Part shown: positions 17,185-25,780 of the stretch, piece by piece
How the letters are laid out: each line of letters starts with the position of its first letter
Numbering within the stretch: the stretch's first letter is position 1
DNA from: an uncultured Sphingomonas sp.
GTDB taxonomy: Bacteria; Pseudomonadota; Alphaproteobacteria; Sphingomonadales; Sphingomonadaceae
NCBI GenBank assembly: GCA_965727025.1
Contig: CBFRWL010000001.1
Coordinates: 1-39,189, forward strand
DNA: 39,189 nt
Reading direction: 5' to 3'
Translations under genes and position numbers: made by a program
The notes under the pieces: generated by a model
Told to the model about the DNA's origin: nothing
What the model saw: the letters and a program-made list of their open reading frames with translations, nothing else
Databases searched by the model: none

Positions 17185-17670
17185 TCAGGCGGGCTTCGCC
17201 GCTTCCGCGACATAGCGGTCGATCGCCCCATTGAGCCTGTTCACCAACGCCCGATCGGAAAGCTCCACAAAATAGCCGAGTTGGGCGACGGTATCGAGAT
17301 GGATCACCGCCGGGCCGCCATTCGCGAGCGTCGCGCCAAAGCTCTCGAAGCAGACCGGCGCTCCGTCCGGGCGCTGGCTCAGATCGTCGGTCGCATAGCC
17401 CAGGTGGAAGATGCCCTCGCCACGTGTCTCGAGCCACTCGCGGGCATTGCCTTCGCCGATACCGGGCTCGACCAACTCCAGATAGACGTCGCCCCACTTT
17501 GCGAAGGCGTTGCGGTTGGCGATCCGGCCTTCCCAGCCGCGATAGCGGGCATGGTAATCGGTCCGGATCTGCATGAACGGGCCGAGGCCGAGCAGCCGGC
17601 GATACTGCTCCATGCCCCGCTCCAGATCACGCACCACGACGCCGATCTGATAGAAATCGCCCGCGAACAT
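17185..17670 (-). CDS. VOC (glyoxalase/bleomycin-resistance/extradiol dioxygenase) superfamily protein, single-module size
   Basis: Track ORF 17185..17715 trimmed to the ATG at 17670 (MFAGDFYQIGVVVRDLERGMEQY...GIFHLGY...). That start is 7 nt after the upstream stop at 17678. Confidence 0.75.
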   Translation of the reverse strand: MFAGDFYQIGVVVRDLERGMEQYRRLLGLGPFMQIRTDYHARYRGWEGRIANRNAFAKWGDVYLELVEPGIGEGNAREWLETRGEGIFHLGYATDDLSQRPDGAPVCFESFGATLANGGPAVIHLDTVAQLGYFVELSDRALVNRLNGAIDRYVAEAAKPA

Positions 17671-17677
17671 TGCGCCC

Positions 17678-18661
17678 TCAATGCTGCGGGCGCAGGTTGA
17701 TGACGCGATCCCCATCGGTCAGGACGATGATCTCATCGCCGGGATGATAGCGGCTGGGGATAGCCGAAAGCGGCATCTGATCGCCCATATTGCCGCGCAC
17801 GAAGCTTTTCTCGTCGAAGCGGAGCGTGTGCTGCCCGCCCTTGGCATCGGTGAGCGTCACTTCGCTATCGCTGGCCGCCACGATCGAGCCAACGAACGGC
17901 GTGTTGCCGTCGGATGGCATGATCCGCGTGTCCATCGAGAAGCGGAAGCGATCCTTGGAGATGTTGGATAAGCCACTATGGGGCGTGTCGAGGTCCATCA
18001 GCAGCACGTCGCCAGGGCGATAGGTGGTGCGGCGCCAATGCCCCTCCGGCACGTCCTCGGCGCGGATCGGCATGATCTTCATATCCACGCGCTTGTGGAG
18101 GCTCGGCTTGCGATGCACGCCTTCAACCACAGCGAGACCACCCACATCCTCGTCGATCACGTCGAGCGGCACCCAACAGATCAGGAAGGGCAGGCCTTCA
18201 TTGTAGAAGCCATCGGCATGGATCATGTCGAAGCGCGGTTTTGATCTGTCGGTAACGGGCGGGTTGTTGCGGTGGATGGTGAACGGCACCCAGAAAGGGT
18301 CGCAGCCGAACAGATCAGCGAAGAACGCGTTGATGGTCGGGGCTTCGTGCAGCATCTTGTGCAGCTTGCGGTCGTTCAGCTTGGTCTGATTGGAGTTGAC
18401 CGGCACATGCGCATAGTCCGCGCCGTTGTAGCGTGGCTCCGGCGCGCCCGGATCGATCAGGCCCATCTCGGTCAGATAGTCGATGTGGACCTGGCGAATC
18501 CTGGCGATCACCTCCTTGTCGAGCACGTCGCGGAAGAACCAGTAGCCGTCGCGCTCCCACGCCGCCTTCAGCGCTTCGCGATCACCGAGCAGGTGGTTGG
18601 AGACGTTGAACTCACCCATGGCGGGCGTGATCTGCGAGGCGTGCATGTTCATAAGTGTCAA
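17678..18661 (-). CDS. phytanoyl-CoA dioxygenase (PhyH)-like Fe(II)/2-oxoglutarate oxygenase with a C-terminal extension
   Basis: 327 aa. MIHADGFY (HxD) and DTPHSG (distal His) fit a PhyH-like facial triad. The track start at 18661 is TTG with GGAG 4 nt upstream. ATGs at 18652 and 18646 are alternatives. Confidence 0.65.
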   Translation of the reverse strand: MTLMNMHASQITPAMGEFNVSNHLLGDREALKAAWERDGYWFFRDVLDKEVIARIRQVHIDYLTEMGLIDPGAPEPRYNGADYAHVPVNSNQTKLNDRKLHKMLHEAPTINAFFADLFGCDPFWVPFTIHRNNPPVTDRSKPRFDMIHADGFYNEGLPFLICWVPLDVIDEDVGGLAVVEGVHRKPSLHKRVDMKIMPIRAEDVPEGHWRRTTYRPGDVLLMDLDTPHSGLSNISKDRFRFSMDTRIMPSDGNTPFVGSIVAASDSEVTLTDAKGGQHTLRFDEKSFVRGNMGDQMPLSAIPSRYHPGDEIIVLTDGDRVINLRPQH

Positions 18662-18781
18662 TCCGCTCCTGCGCCAAGGATGATTCCGTCATCCGCTGTA
18701 ATCCGATCATGCCACGCGTCGGATGGGCGCTACATGGCATGGATTGACATTCAGAGGGGGTGATTTCGACACTGCTGCCGT

Positions 18782-19906
18782 TCAGGCCAGCACATGCCCC
18801 CCGAAGCGCTCGGTATGGGTGTAAAGATCGCCATATTGCTTCTCGAGCGCCATCAGACGGCGGAAGTGGTGGCTGATCGCATATTCGTCGGTGAGCCCGT
18901 AGCCGCCATGCACCTGGATGCCATTGCGCGAGACGAGCTGCCCCGCCTCACCGATCACGATCCGCGCAGCGGACAGAGCGGCGGTTCGTTCCTCGGGGGA
19001 GCGGCGGCTGTTGGCGATGGCGTGATAGAGCATCGAGCGCGCCTGGTGCGCGGCGATGAACATGTCGGCCATGATATGCTGGATCGCCTGGAACGATCCG
19101 ATCGCGACGCCGAACTGCTTGCGCTCCTTCACATAGTCGCCGCAGATCTTGAGGCAGGCCTCCATCGATCCCACCGCCTGCGCCATCTGGGCGATGTCGG
19201 CGCGCGCGATCGCCTCCTCGAGCAGTGTCTTGCCTGCATTGCCGCCGGCGAGCATCGCCGAGGCCGGCAGAGCGACGTCGGTGAAGTCGATGTCCGCCGC
19301 GCGGGTGCCGTCGATCAGCGGATAGGCGCGCGCGCAAACGCCCGCCGCATCGGCATCGACGAGGTACAGGCCGGTACCCTCCTCACCCTCGATCCGGGCC
19401 GAGACGATCAGCTTCGAAGCGCTGCCCGCATCGAGCACCATCATCTTGGCGCCGCTCAGCGTGAAACCATCGCCGCTGCGCGTCGCGAGCGTCGCGGCGG
19501 CATGGGACAGCGGCTCGGCGCTGGGCTCCTGATGGGCGAGCGCGATGCACAGCGTGCCCGAGATGATCTCGCCGAGCAGCGCCCGGCCCTGCTCCCGATC
19601 GGCCGCGCCGTCGAGGATATGCGCGGCGAGCACGGCGGTACTGGCATAGGGTTCGATCGCGAGCGCGCGGCCGAGCGCGATGTTGAGGAGCGCGATGTCC
19701 TCCAGCGTACCGCCGAGGCCGCCCGCTTCTTCCGGCACCGGCAGCGCCAGCCAGCCGAGCTCGGCGAACTGTGCCCAGCGCGCCTCCTCGAAGCCCAGCT
19801 CGGCATGGCGCTGCTCGCGCCAATATTCGATGTGCGCAGAAGGCGAGAGCAACCGCTCGGCGCTTTCGAGCAGCATGGCCTGGATGTCGGACTTGGCAAA
19901 ATCCAT
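18782..19906 (-). CDS. acyl-CoA dehydrogenase family protein, beta-type partner of a heteromeric pair (FadE27/ChsE5-like)
   Basis: 374 aa; MDFAKSDIQAMLLESAERLL...ELGWLALPVPEEAGGLGG...VHGGYGLTDEY. It starts 19 nt after the upstream ACAD stop, with GAGGTGAG upstream. Confidence 0.8.
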   Translation of the reverse strand: MDFAKSDIQAMLLESAERLLSPSAHIEYWREQRHAELGFEEARWAQFAELGWLALPVPEEAGGLGGTLEDIALLNIALGRALAIEPYASTAVLAAHILDGAADREQGRALLGEIISGTLCIALAHQEPSAEPLSHAAATLATRSGDGFTLSGAKMMVLDAGSASKLIVSARIEGEEGTGLYLVDADAAGVCARAYPLIDGTRAADIDFTDVALPASAMLAGGNAGKTLLEEAIARADIAQMAQAVGSMEACLKICGDYVKERKQFGVAIGSFQAIQHIMADMFIAAHQARSMLYHAIANSRRSPEERTAALSAARIVIGEAGQLVSRNGIQVHGGYGLTDEYAISHHFRRLMALEKQYGDLYTHTERFGGHVLA

Positions 19907-19925
19907 GGAGTCAGCTCACCTCGAA

Positions 19926-21125
19926 TCAGATGCCGAAGGCCAGCTTGGCCAGGATGTTCTTCTGAATCTGCTTGCTGCCGCCGTAAATCGTCGCAGCGCG
20001 GTTGATCAGAGCGATGGTGGTACGACCGGCGACATAATCGGGCCATTGGGAGCTGGCGACGGGCTCGTCCCAGCCAGGCTCGTAATAGCGCAGCGACTTG
20101 GCGCCGAGCGCATCGACCTGCAGCATGGTGATCTCCTGTTGCAGCTCGGAGCCGCGGACCTTGAGCACCGAGGCCGCGGCAGCTTCGGGGAATTCCGTCT
20201 CCTCATGGGCCAGTACGCGTAGCACCGACCATTCGAGCGCCAGCAGATCGGCCTCGGCGCGCGCGAAGCGGGCGCGGAAGGCGGGATCGTCGGCGATCCG
20301 CCGGCCGCCCCGCATCTCACCCTTCGCGATCTCCTTGGCGCGATCGAGCTCGCGCTTGCTCCAGTAGATGAAGCTGGAGGTGGTGCGCTCATGTTCCAGC
20401 AGGAACTTGGCATAGGTCCAGCCCATGCCGGGCTCGCCGACCAGCTGGTCGGCCGGTACCTCGACATTGTCGAGGAACACTTCGCACAGATGCGCCTCGC
20501 CGTTGATCTGCGGGATCTGGCGCACGGTGATGCCAGGCGTGTCCATCTTGATGATTAGGAAGCTGATACCGCGCTGCGGCTTCACGGTCTTGTCGGTGCG
20601 GACCAAGAAGAAACCCCAATCGGCATGCGCCGCACCGCTGGTCCAAATCTTCTGCCCGTTGACGACGTACTTGCCACCGACCAGCTCGGCCGCGGTGCGC
20701 AACGAGGCGAGATCTGAGCCCGAGCCCGGTTCAGAGAAGCCCTGCGCCCACATCGTCGCGCCCTCGCGGATCATCGGCAGGAATCTGTCCTTCAAGTATT
20801 GCGATCCGAAGGTGTAGATCACTGGCCCCAGCATGTGGGTACCGCCCCAGTCGAACTCCGGCGCATCGGCCGCATAGAGCTCCTCGTTGAACACGAAGAG
20901 CTGCTGCGGCGTCCAGTCGCAGCCGCCATATTCCACCGGCCAGTGCGGCACCGCGCGACCATGTTCGTTGAGGATGCCCATCCACTTGAGCAGATCGGGC
21001 ACATAGGCGTTGTTCGCCGCCTTGGTACGCTGCCGCGCCTGGATGTCAGCGGGCAGGATATCGGCGATGAACTGGCGGATTTCCTTGCGGAAGGCGTCCA
21101 GCGCTGGGTCGTAGCTCAGGTCCAT
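19926..21125 (-). CDS. acyl-CoA dehydrogenase, alpha-type subunit (FadE26/ChsE4-like)
   Basis: 399 aa; MDLSYDPALDAFRKEIRQFI...WPVEYGG...WAQGFSEPGSGSDLASLRTAAELVGGKYVVNGQKIWTSGAAHADW... Confidence 0.88.
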   Translation of the reverse strand: MDLSYDPALDAFRKEIRQFIADILPADIQARQRTKAANNAYVPDLLKWMGILNEHGRAVPHWPVEYGGCDWTPQQLFVFNEELYAADAPEFDWGGTHMLGPVIYTFGSQYLKDRFLPMIREGATMWAQGFSEPGSGSDLASLRTAAELVGGKYVVNGQKIWTSGAAHADWGFFLVRTDKTVKPQRGISFLIIKMDTPGITVRQIPQINGEAHLCEVFLDNVEVPADQLVGEPGMGWTYAKFLLEHERTTSSFIYWSKRELDRAKEIAKGEMRGGRRIADDPAFRARFARAEADLLALEWSVLRVLAHEETEFPEAAAASVLKVRGSELQQEITMLQVDALGAKSLRYYEPGWDEPVASSQWPDYVAGRTTIALINRAATIYGGSKQIQKNILAKLAFGI

Positions 21126-21223
21126 GGTCGGCGATTAGCACGTGCCGGCCATGATGTGCAGCGATCGAGCGCGCGCGGCAGCGGCTATCGCAATACCGAT
21201 ACCTAGGCGCGTTCCGTTCCTTC

Positions 21224-22546
21224 TCAACGGTCCGCCTGGATATATCGCCAGAGCGTGTCGTGGAAGTTGCTGACCGCCTTCTCCTGCACTGGATTGGTGC
21301 GCGCACCCTTGAAGCCGCGCGATTTCATGCCGGCCTGCACCTCGCTCATATTCTGGAAGTCCTGGCTGAGGATCAGCCCCCAATCGACATCGCGCCAGTC
21401 TTCGGCTGACTCGACCTCCACCCTGGGTACCTGCCCTTCAGCGAAACGCTCCAGCACATAGACCTCGAAAATGCAGCGATCGGGATCGTCGCCGTGCGGC
21501 CGCGCGCGATAGCCGAGCAGATTGGTCGGCTGCGGCAGGAACACCATGTTGGGGAAAATGTGCCAATCAATGCCGACCGCCATCACCTGTTCCGGCGTCA
21601 CGTCCGGGCTGCCGATGCCCTTCTTCTCAAGCTCCTCGCGATGGAAGCGCATAAACGCACCATAAACCTCCGAAATGGGAGTGTCCTCGGGCAGTTCGGA
21701 AAGTCGGCGGCCAGCCTCCATCAGCTCCTCGGTGGTGGTGGCGCGCAGCGTTTCCCAAACCTCGCGGTTGAATTCGTAAAGGCCCTTGCGCAGATCACCC
21801 GCAGGGCCGCCGAGACGCGGACTGGAGAGGCCGAACAGCGCGTCCGCGGGGGCACCGAACATGCCGTGCTTGCCGTACGCCTTGCTGTAGGTCATGTCGT
21901 TGAAGTTGGGCAGCAGCTGCCGATGCGTCGTCTGGACGTGATAGCCCTCGTTGAAGGCCTCCAGCGCGACCTTCCAGTTGCAATCCATCTTCACGCGCTT
22001 GCGCCACTTGTAGCGCATCTTCTCGAACTCGAAGGGATCGAGCACGGCCTTGGCGGGCTCAAGATATTCCTCAAGGCTCTCGGCCTCCGGGTCCATGTTG
22101 ATGAACACCCAGCCACCCCAGGTGCCGACTCTCACCGAAGCGAGCGTGATCTCCTCGTCGGGCAGGCGATCGCCCCAGTCCTGCCGGTCGACTATCTCCA
22201 CGGGCCGGCCGTCGAGATCCCATTGCCAGCCGTGAAACTTGCAATGGAACTTGCCCATCCGTCCACAGCCCGACGTCAGCCTGCGACCGCGATGGGGGCA
22301 GACATTGTGGTAGGCGGCGATGGTGCCGTCCTGCTTGCGCACCACGGTAATCGATTCGTCGCAGATCTCGTAGGATACATAGTCGCCGGCGTTGGAGATC
22401 TCCTCTTCACGGCAGGCCCATTGCCAGACGTAAGGCCAGAGCTTCTTCTTCTCGGCTTGCGCAAAATCGCGCGAGATATAAGCGTCGGCGGGGACGAAAT
22501 CCTCGCGCACGGGCGATATGACTGGCGCCTTGCTCGGATAGTTCAT
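21224..22546 (-). CDS. Rieske [2Fe-2S] non-haem-iron oxygenase, alpha (catalytic) subunit
   Basis: 440 aa. Rieske motif CPHRGRRLTSGCGRMGKFHCKFHGW (CxH-x17-CxxH). Mononuclear iron motif EAFNEGYHVQTTH. No beta subunit or reductase gene is nearby. Confidence 0.9.
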   Translation of the reverse strand: MNYPSKAPVISPVREDFVPADAYISRDFAQAEKKKLWPYVWQWACREEEISNAGDYVSYEICDESITVVRKQDGTIAAYHNVCPHRGRRLTSGCGRMGKFHCKFHGWQWDLDGRPVEIVDRQDWGDRLPDEEITLASVRVGTWGGWVFINMDPEAESLEEYLEPAKAVLDPFEFEKMRYKWRKRVKMDCNWKVALEAFNEGYHVQTTHRQLLPNFNDMTYSKAYGKHGMFGAPADALFGLSSPRLGGPAGDLRKGLYEFNREVWETLRATTTEELMEAGRRLSELPEDTPISEVYGAFMRFHREELEKKGIGSPDVTPEQVMAVGIDWHIFPNMVFLPQPTNLLGYRARPHGDDPDRCIFEVYVLERFAEGQVPRVEVESAEDWRDVDWGLILSQDFQNMSEVQAGMKSRGFKGARTNPVQEKAVSNFHDTLWRYIQADR

Positions 22547-22772
22547 GCTTTCATTTCCTCTCGCGTGCCGATCTCAGCGGGGACGGCCTCAGTTCCAAGT
22601 GGATATCGTCTGGAGTGATGACATAGACGGCCTCTCGGTGGGAAGCAGATCATCGACGTCCGCGAGATCGCACCAGCCGAAAATTGCGCCCAAGGAGCGC
22701 GTTAAACGGCCGGTCTTTATTGGGGCCGGGGCCGCTCCTGTCGATTCTTTGGCGAAGATCCGAGCCATGGCT

Positions 22773-24428
22773 TCAGTCCTCGTTCGCGCCTGCCGCGTGG
22801 TGAGCGGCGATCCAGGCGAAGATGAAGGTTGCGCCGATGCTGGCGCCCGCCGCTGGATAACAGCGGCCAAACACCGACGCCGTGGAGTTGCCCGTCGCGT
22901 ATAGGCCGGGAATTACCGATCCGTCTGCGCGCAGCACGCGGGCATGCTCGTCGGTCATGATGCCCCCCGAGGTGCCGACATCGCCCGGCACCATCTCCAT
23001 TACGTAGAAGGGCGGCTTGTCGATCGCGCCGAGATTGGGATTGGGCTTCACCGTCGGATCGCCGAAACAATTATCGTAGCCGCGTCCGCCGCGATTGAAG
23101 TCTAGGTCCTTGCCGGTCTTCGCATAGCCATTGAATTTCTTGATCTCGTCCTTCAAGCCGACGGGATCGATGCCCGCGATATGTGCCAGCTCCTCGATCG
23201 TGTTGGCCTTTTTGACGATGCCCTTGTCGAACCATTCCTGCGGGGTGTTGCCCGGAGGATAATAGCCCCAGGCGTAGCGCTTGCGGTGGCGGCTATCGAG
23301 GATGACGAAGGCCGGCACGTCATTCTGGTATAGCCGTTGGCCGTTCTCCATATAGGAGCCGCTCTCGTTCATGATACGCCGGCCGTGACGGTTGACGACA
23401 ATGCAATGCGGCTTGGAGATATCCGTGTTGTGCATGTTGTAGGGACCGCCTTGGGGCTGCGCCGTACCGGGCACCCACCAGGCCTGGTCCATCAGCGCCA
23501 GCTCGGCACCGTGCTTCTCGGCGATCTGGATCATCTCGCCGGTGTCGCCGGGATTGGCGTTGGTCCATTCGGTCGAGCTCGGCTGCGGACCATATTGCTT
23601 GCGCATCTCGGCATTACGCGAGAAGCCGCCGGCGTTGATCAGCACGCCGTCGCGCGCGCCGATGCGGATGCGCTTGCCCTTGTGTTCGGCGATCACACCG
23701 GTGACGCGGTTGCCTTCCTCGATCAACTCTACCACGCCGGTCTCAGTGCGGATGTCGACCCCGGCCTTGTCCGCGAGCATCAGCATGCGCCCTTGCAGAG
23801 CGCCGCCGAAGCTCAGCATCGGCTTACCGCGCTTCTTGACTTGCCGCATCCGCCATAAGAGCTTCAGGCCTTCCCACATTCCCCTGGGTGTGCGGGTGGC
23901 GAGGCCGATCGTAGCCGTGCTGGTGGCCGGCAGGGGCATCACCATCGGGCCCAGGCGCAATTTGTCGAACAGCGGCCCCATGTCGCGTGCGTCAAGCATC
24001 GGCGCGGCGAGCGACCGGCTGCGCGTCGATCCTCCATCACGATCGTCATAATAATCCGCCCAGAAGTCGGGGCGGACGAACTTCATGCCCTGGCTTTCGA
24101 GGAACTCGACCAGCTTCGGGCCTGATCGCAGATAGGCGTCCTTGCGCGCCGGCGACGCGGAAGGACCGGCATCCATGCCGACCGTCGCGTCCATGTAGCG
24201 GCGCCCGCGCTCGATACTGTCGGGAATGCCTTCGCGTATCATCAGCGGATTGGCAGGTATCCACAGAACGCCACCAGACATCGCGGTCGATCCGCCGATC
24301 TTGTCGGTCTTCTCGAGGATGACGGGATCCTTGCCGATCGACTTCAAATAGAGGCCGGCCGCCATGGAGCCGCCGCCCGATCCCGCGACGACGAAATCGT
24401 GGATTTCGTCGAATTCCTCTCCGGCCAT
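22773..24428 (-). CDS. FAD-dependent oxidoreductase of the 3-ketosteroid dehydrogenase (KstD)/fumarate reductase flavoprotein family
   Basis: 551 aa. DFVVAGSGGGSMAAGLYLKSIGKDPVILEKTDKIGGSTAMSGGVLWIP matches my recollection of the KstD N-terminus (VLVVGSGGGALTGAY...VLEKTDRFGGTSAYSGASIWLP). C-terminal GLYATGN. Confidence 0.85.
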   Translation of the reverse strand: MAGEEFDEIHDFVVAGSGGGSMAAGLYLKSIGKDPVILEKTDKIGGSTAMSGGVLWIPANPLMIREGIPDSIERGRRYMDATVGMDAGPSASPARKDAYLRSGPKLVEFLESQGMKFVRPDFWADYYDDRDGGSTRSRSLAAPMLDARDMGPLFDKLRLGPMVMPLPATSTATIGLATRTPRGMWEGLKLLWRMRQVKKRGKPMLSFGGALQGRMLMLADKAGVDIRTETGVVELIEEGNRVTGVIAEHKGKRIRIGARDGVLINAGGFSRNAEMRKQYGPQPSSTEWTNANPGDTGEMIQIAEKHGAELALMDQAWWVPGTAQPQGGPYNMHNTDISKPHCIVVNRHGRRIMNESGSYMENGQRLYQNDVPAFVILDSRHRKRYAWGYYPPGNTPQEWFDKGIVKKANTIEELAHIAGIDPVGLKDEIKKFNGYAKTGKDLDFNRGGRGYDNCFGDPTVKPNPNLGAIDKPPFYVMEMVPGDVGTSGGIMTDEHARVLRADGSVIPGLYATGNSTASVFGRCYPAAGASIGATFIFAWIAAHHAAGANED

Positions 24429-24431
24429 ACG

Positions 24432-25757
24432 TCAGTTCTTCTCGTTGATATAGTGGTGCAGGGTCTCGTGGAAGTTGCTGATCGCGCGTTCCTTGACCGG
24501 ATTGGTGCGCGCCGCGGTGAAGCTGCGGACCCGCATGCCGCGCTGCACCTCCTCCATGTTCTGGAAGTCCTGTTCCAGGATCAGGCCCCAGTCCACGTCG
24601 CGCCAGCTGTCTGCGACCTCGACCTCGGCCCTCGGCGGCTCGACCCCGTCGGGGAAGCGTTCCAGCGCATAGACCTCAAAGATGCAGCGGTTGGGATCGT
24701 CGCCATCCGGCCGCGCGCGATAGCCGAGCAGGTTGGTCGGCTGGTGCAGGAACACCATATTGGGGAAGATGTGCCAGTCGGTGCCGGCCGCCATCTGCTG
24801 CTCGGGCGTGACGGATGGCCAACTGATGCCGCGCTTGGCGGTCTCCTCGCGATGGAAGGTCGCGAAGGCCGTATAGACCTCCATCATCGACGCGTCCTCG
24901 GGCAGCTCGGTCAGGCGGTCGCCCGCGGCCAGCATCTCCCGCGTGGTGGTCGCCCTCAACGTGTCCCAGATGTTCCGGTTGAAGTCGCGAAGGCCTTTGC
25001 GCAGGTCACCCTTCTGTTCGCCAATGCGTGGCGCCGGCAGGCCGAACAACGCCGTCGGCGCGAAGCCGAACATGCCGTGCTTGCCGTACGCCTTCGAATA
25101 GGTGACGTCGTCATGGTAGGCCAGCAACTGGCGATGCGTCGTCTGGACGTGATAGCCTTCGTCGAACGCCTCAAGGCCCGTCTTCCAGTTGCAGGGCAGC
25201 TTTATCTGCTTGCGCCACACGTAGCGCATCTTCTCGAACTCGAAGCCGTCGAGCATTGACTTGGCGGGTTCAAGGAACTCCTCGAGGCTCTCGCTGTCCG
25301 GGTCCATGTTGATGAACACCCAGCCGCCCCAGCGGCCGACCTTCACGGGCGTGAGCGAGACTTCGCGGTCCTGCAGCCCGTTCGCCCAGTCATCGCGGTC
25401 GACGATCTCGACAGGTGTCCCATGCAGATCGAACTGCCAGCCGTGAAACTTGCAATGGAACTTGCCCTGCCGGCCGTAACCTTCGGTCAGCCGGCGGCCG
25501 CGATGCGGGCAGGCATTGAAATAGGCTCCGATCGAGCCGTCCTGCCGGCGTATGACGCTGATCGAATCGTCGAGTATGTCATAGGTGTAGAAGTCACCGG
25601 GATTGGGGATCTCCTCTTCCCGGCAGACCCATTGCCATACCTTGGGCCAGAGCTTCTCGCGCTCCAGCTCCAGCCAGTCGCGCGAGATATAGACGTCGAC
25701 CGGCACATAGTCCGGCCGGACCTCCTGCGGGCCCGAGCGGTGGACCTTGGCCGCCAT
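24432..25757 (-). CDS. Rieske [2Fe-2S] non-haem-iron oxygenase alpha subunit; paralogue of 21224..22546
   Basis: Track ORF 24432..26333 trimmed to the ATG at 25757 (MAAKVHRSGPQEVRPDYVPVDVYISRDW), with AAGGAGAG upstream. Motifs CPHRGRRLTEGYGRQGKFHCKFHGW and EAFDEGYHVQTTH. The stop is 3 nt from the KstD-like start. Confidence 0.9.
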   Translation of the reverse strand: MAAKVHRSGPQEVRPDYVPVDVYISRDWLELEREKLWPKVWQWVCREEEIPNPGDFYTYDILDDSISVIRRQDGSIGAYFNACPHRGRRLTEGYGRQGKFHCKFHGWQFDLHGTPVEIVDRDDWANGLQDREVSLTPVKVGRWGGWVFINMDPDSESLEEFLEPAKSMLDGFEFEKMRYVWRKQIKLPCNWKTGLEAFDEGYHVQTTHRQLLAYHDDVTYSKAYGKHGMFGFAPTALFGLPAPRIGEQKGDLRKGLRDFNRNIWDTLRATTTREMLAAGDRLTELPEDASMMEVYTAFATFHREETAKRGISWPSVTPEQQMAAGTDWHIFPNMVFLHQPTNLLGYRARPDGDDPNRCIFEVYALERFPDGVEPPRAEVEVADSWRDVDWGLILEQDFQNMEEVQRGMRVRSFTAARTNPVKERAISNFHETLHHYINEKN

Positions 25758-25780
25758 CTTCTCTCTCCTTTCTTCGCCGA

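Noticed and set aside
16454-17497. 347-aa minus-strand ORF
   Set aside because: It overlaps the TauD-family gene in antisense and the VOC gene out of frame. It is Arg-rich and low-complexity.
18708-18741. 7-bp inverted repeat CATGCCA/TGGCATG between the ACAD pair and the PhyH gene
   Set aside because: The stem is short, the loop is 20 nt and there is no U-tract. It could be a weak attenuator or operator, but the evidence is insufficient to call.
18794-20005. 403-aa plus-strand ORF; similar cases are 21494..22618, 24399..25259, 33073..34269, 34640..36100 and 36877..38262
   Set aside because: All are antisense shadows of strongly supported minus-strand genes (ACADs, Rieske oxygenases, the MDR and an SDR). 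None carries a recognisable motif.
22589-22768. 59-codon ORF (MARIFAKESTGAAP...) starting 5 nt after the KstD-like stop, in the 226-nt gap before the Rieske gene
   Set aside because: Its third-position GC is clearly lower than in the neighbouring genes. It uses several codons rare for this DNA (ATA, TTA, ACA, GGA) and has no RBS or motif. It is probably non-coding spacer or promoter DNA, though RNA-seq or Ribo-seq could revisit this.
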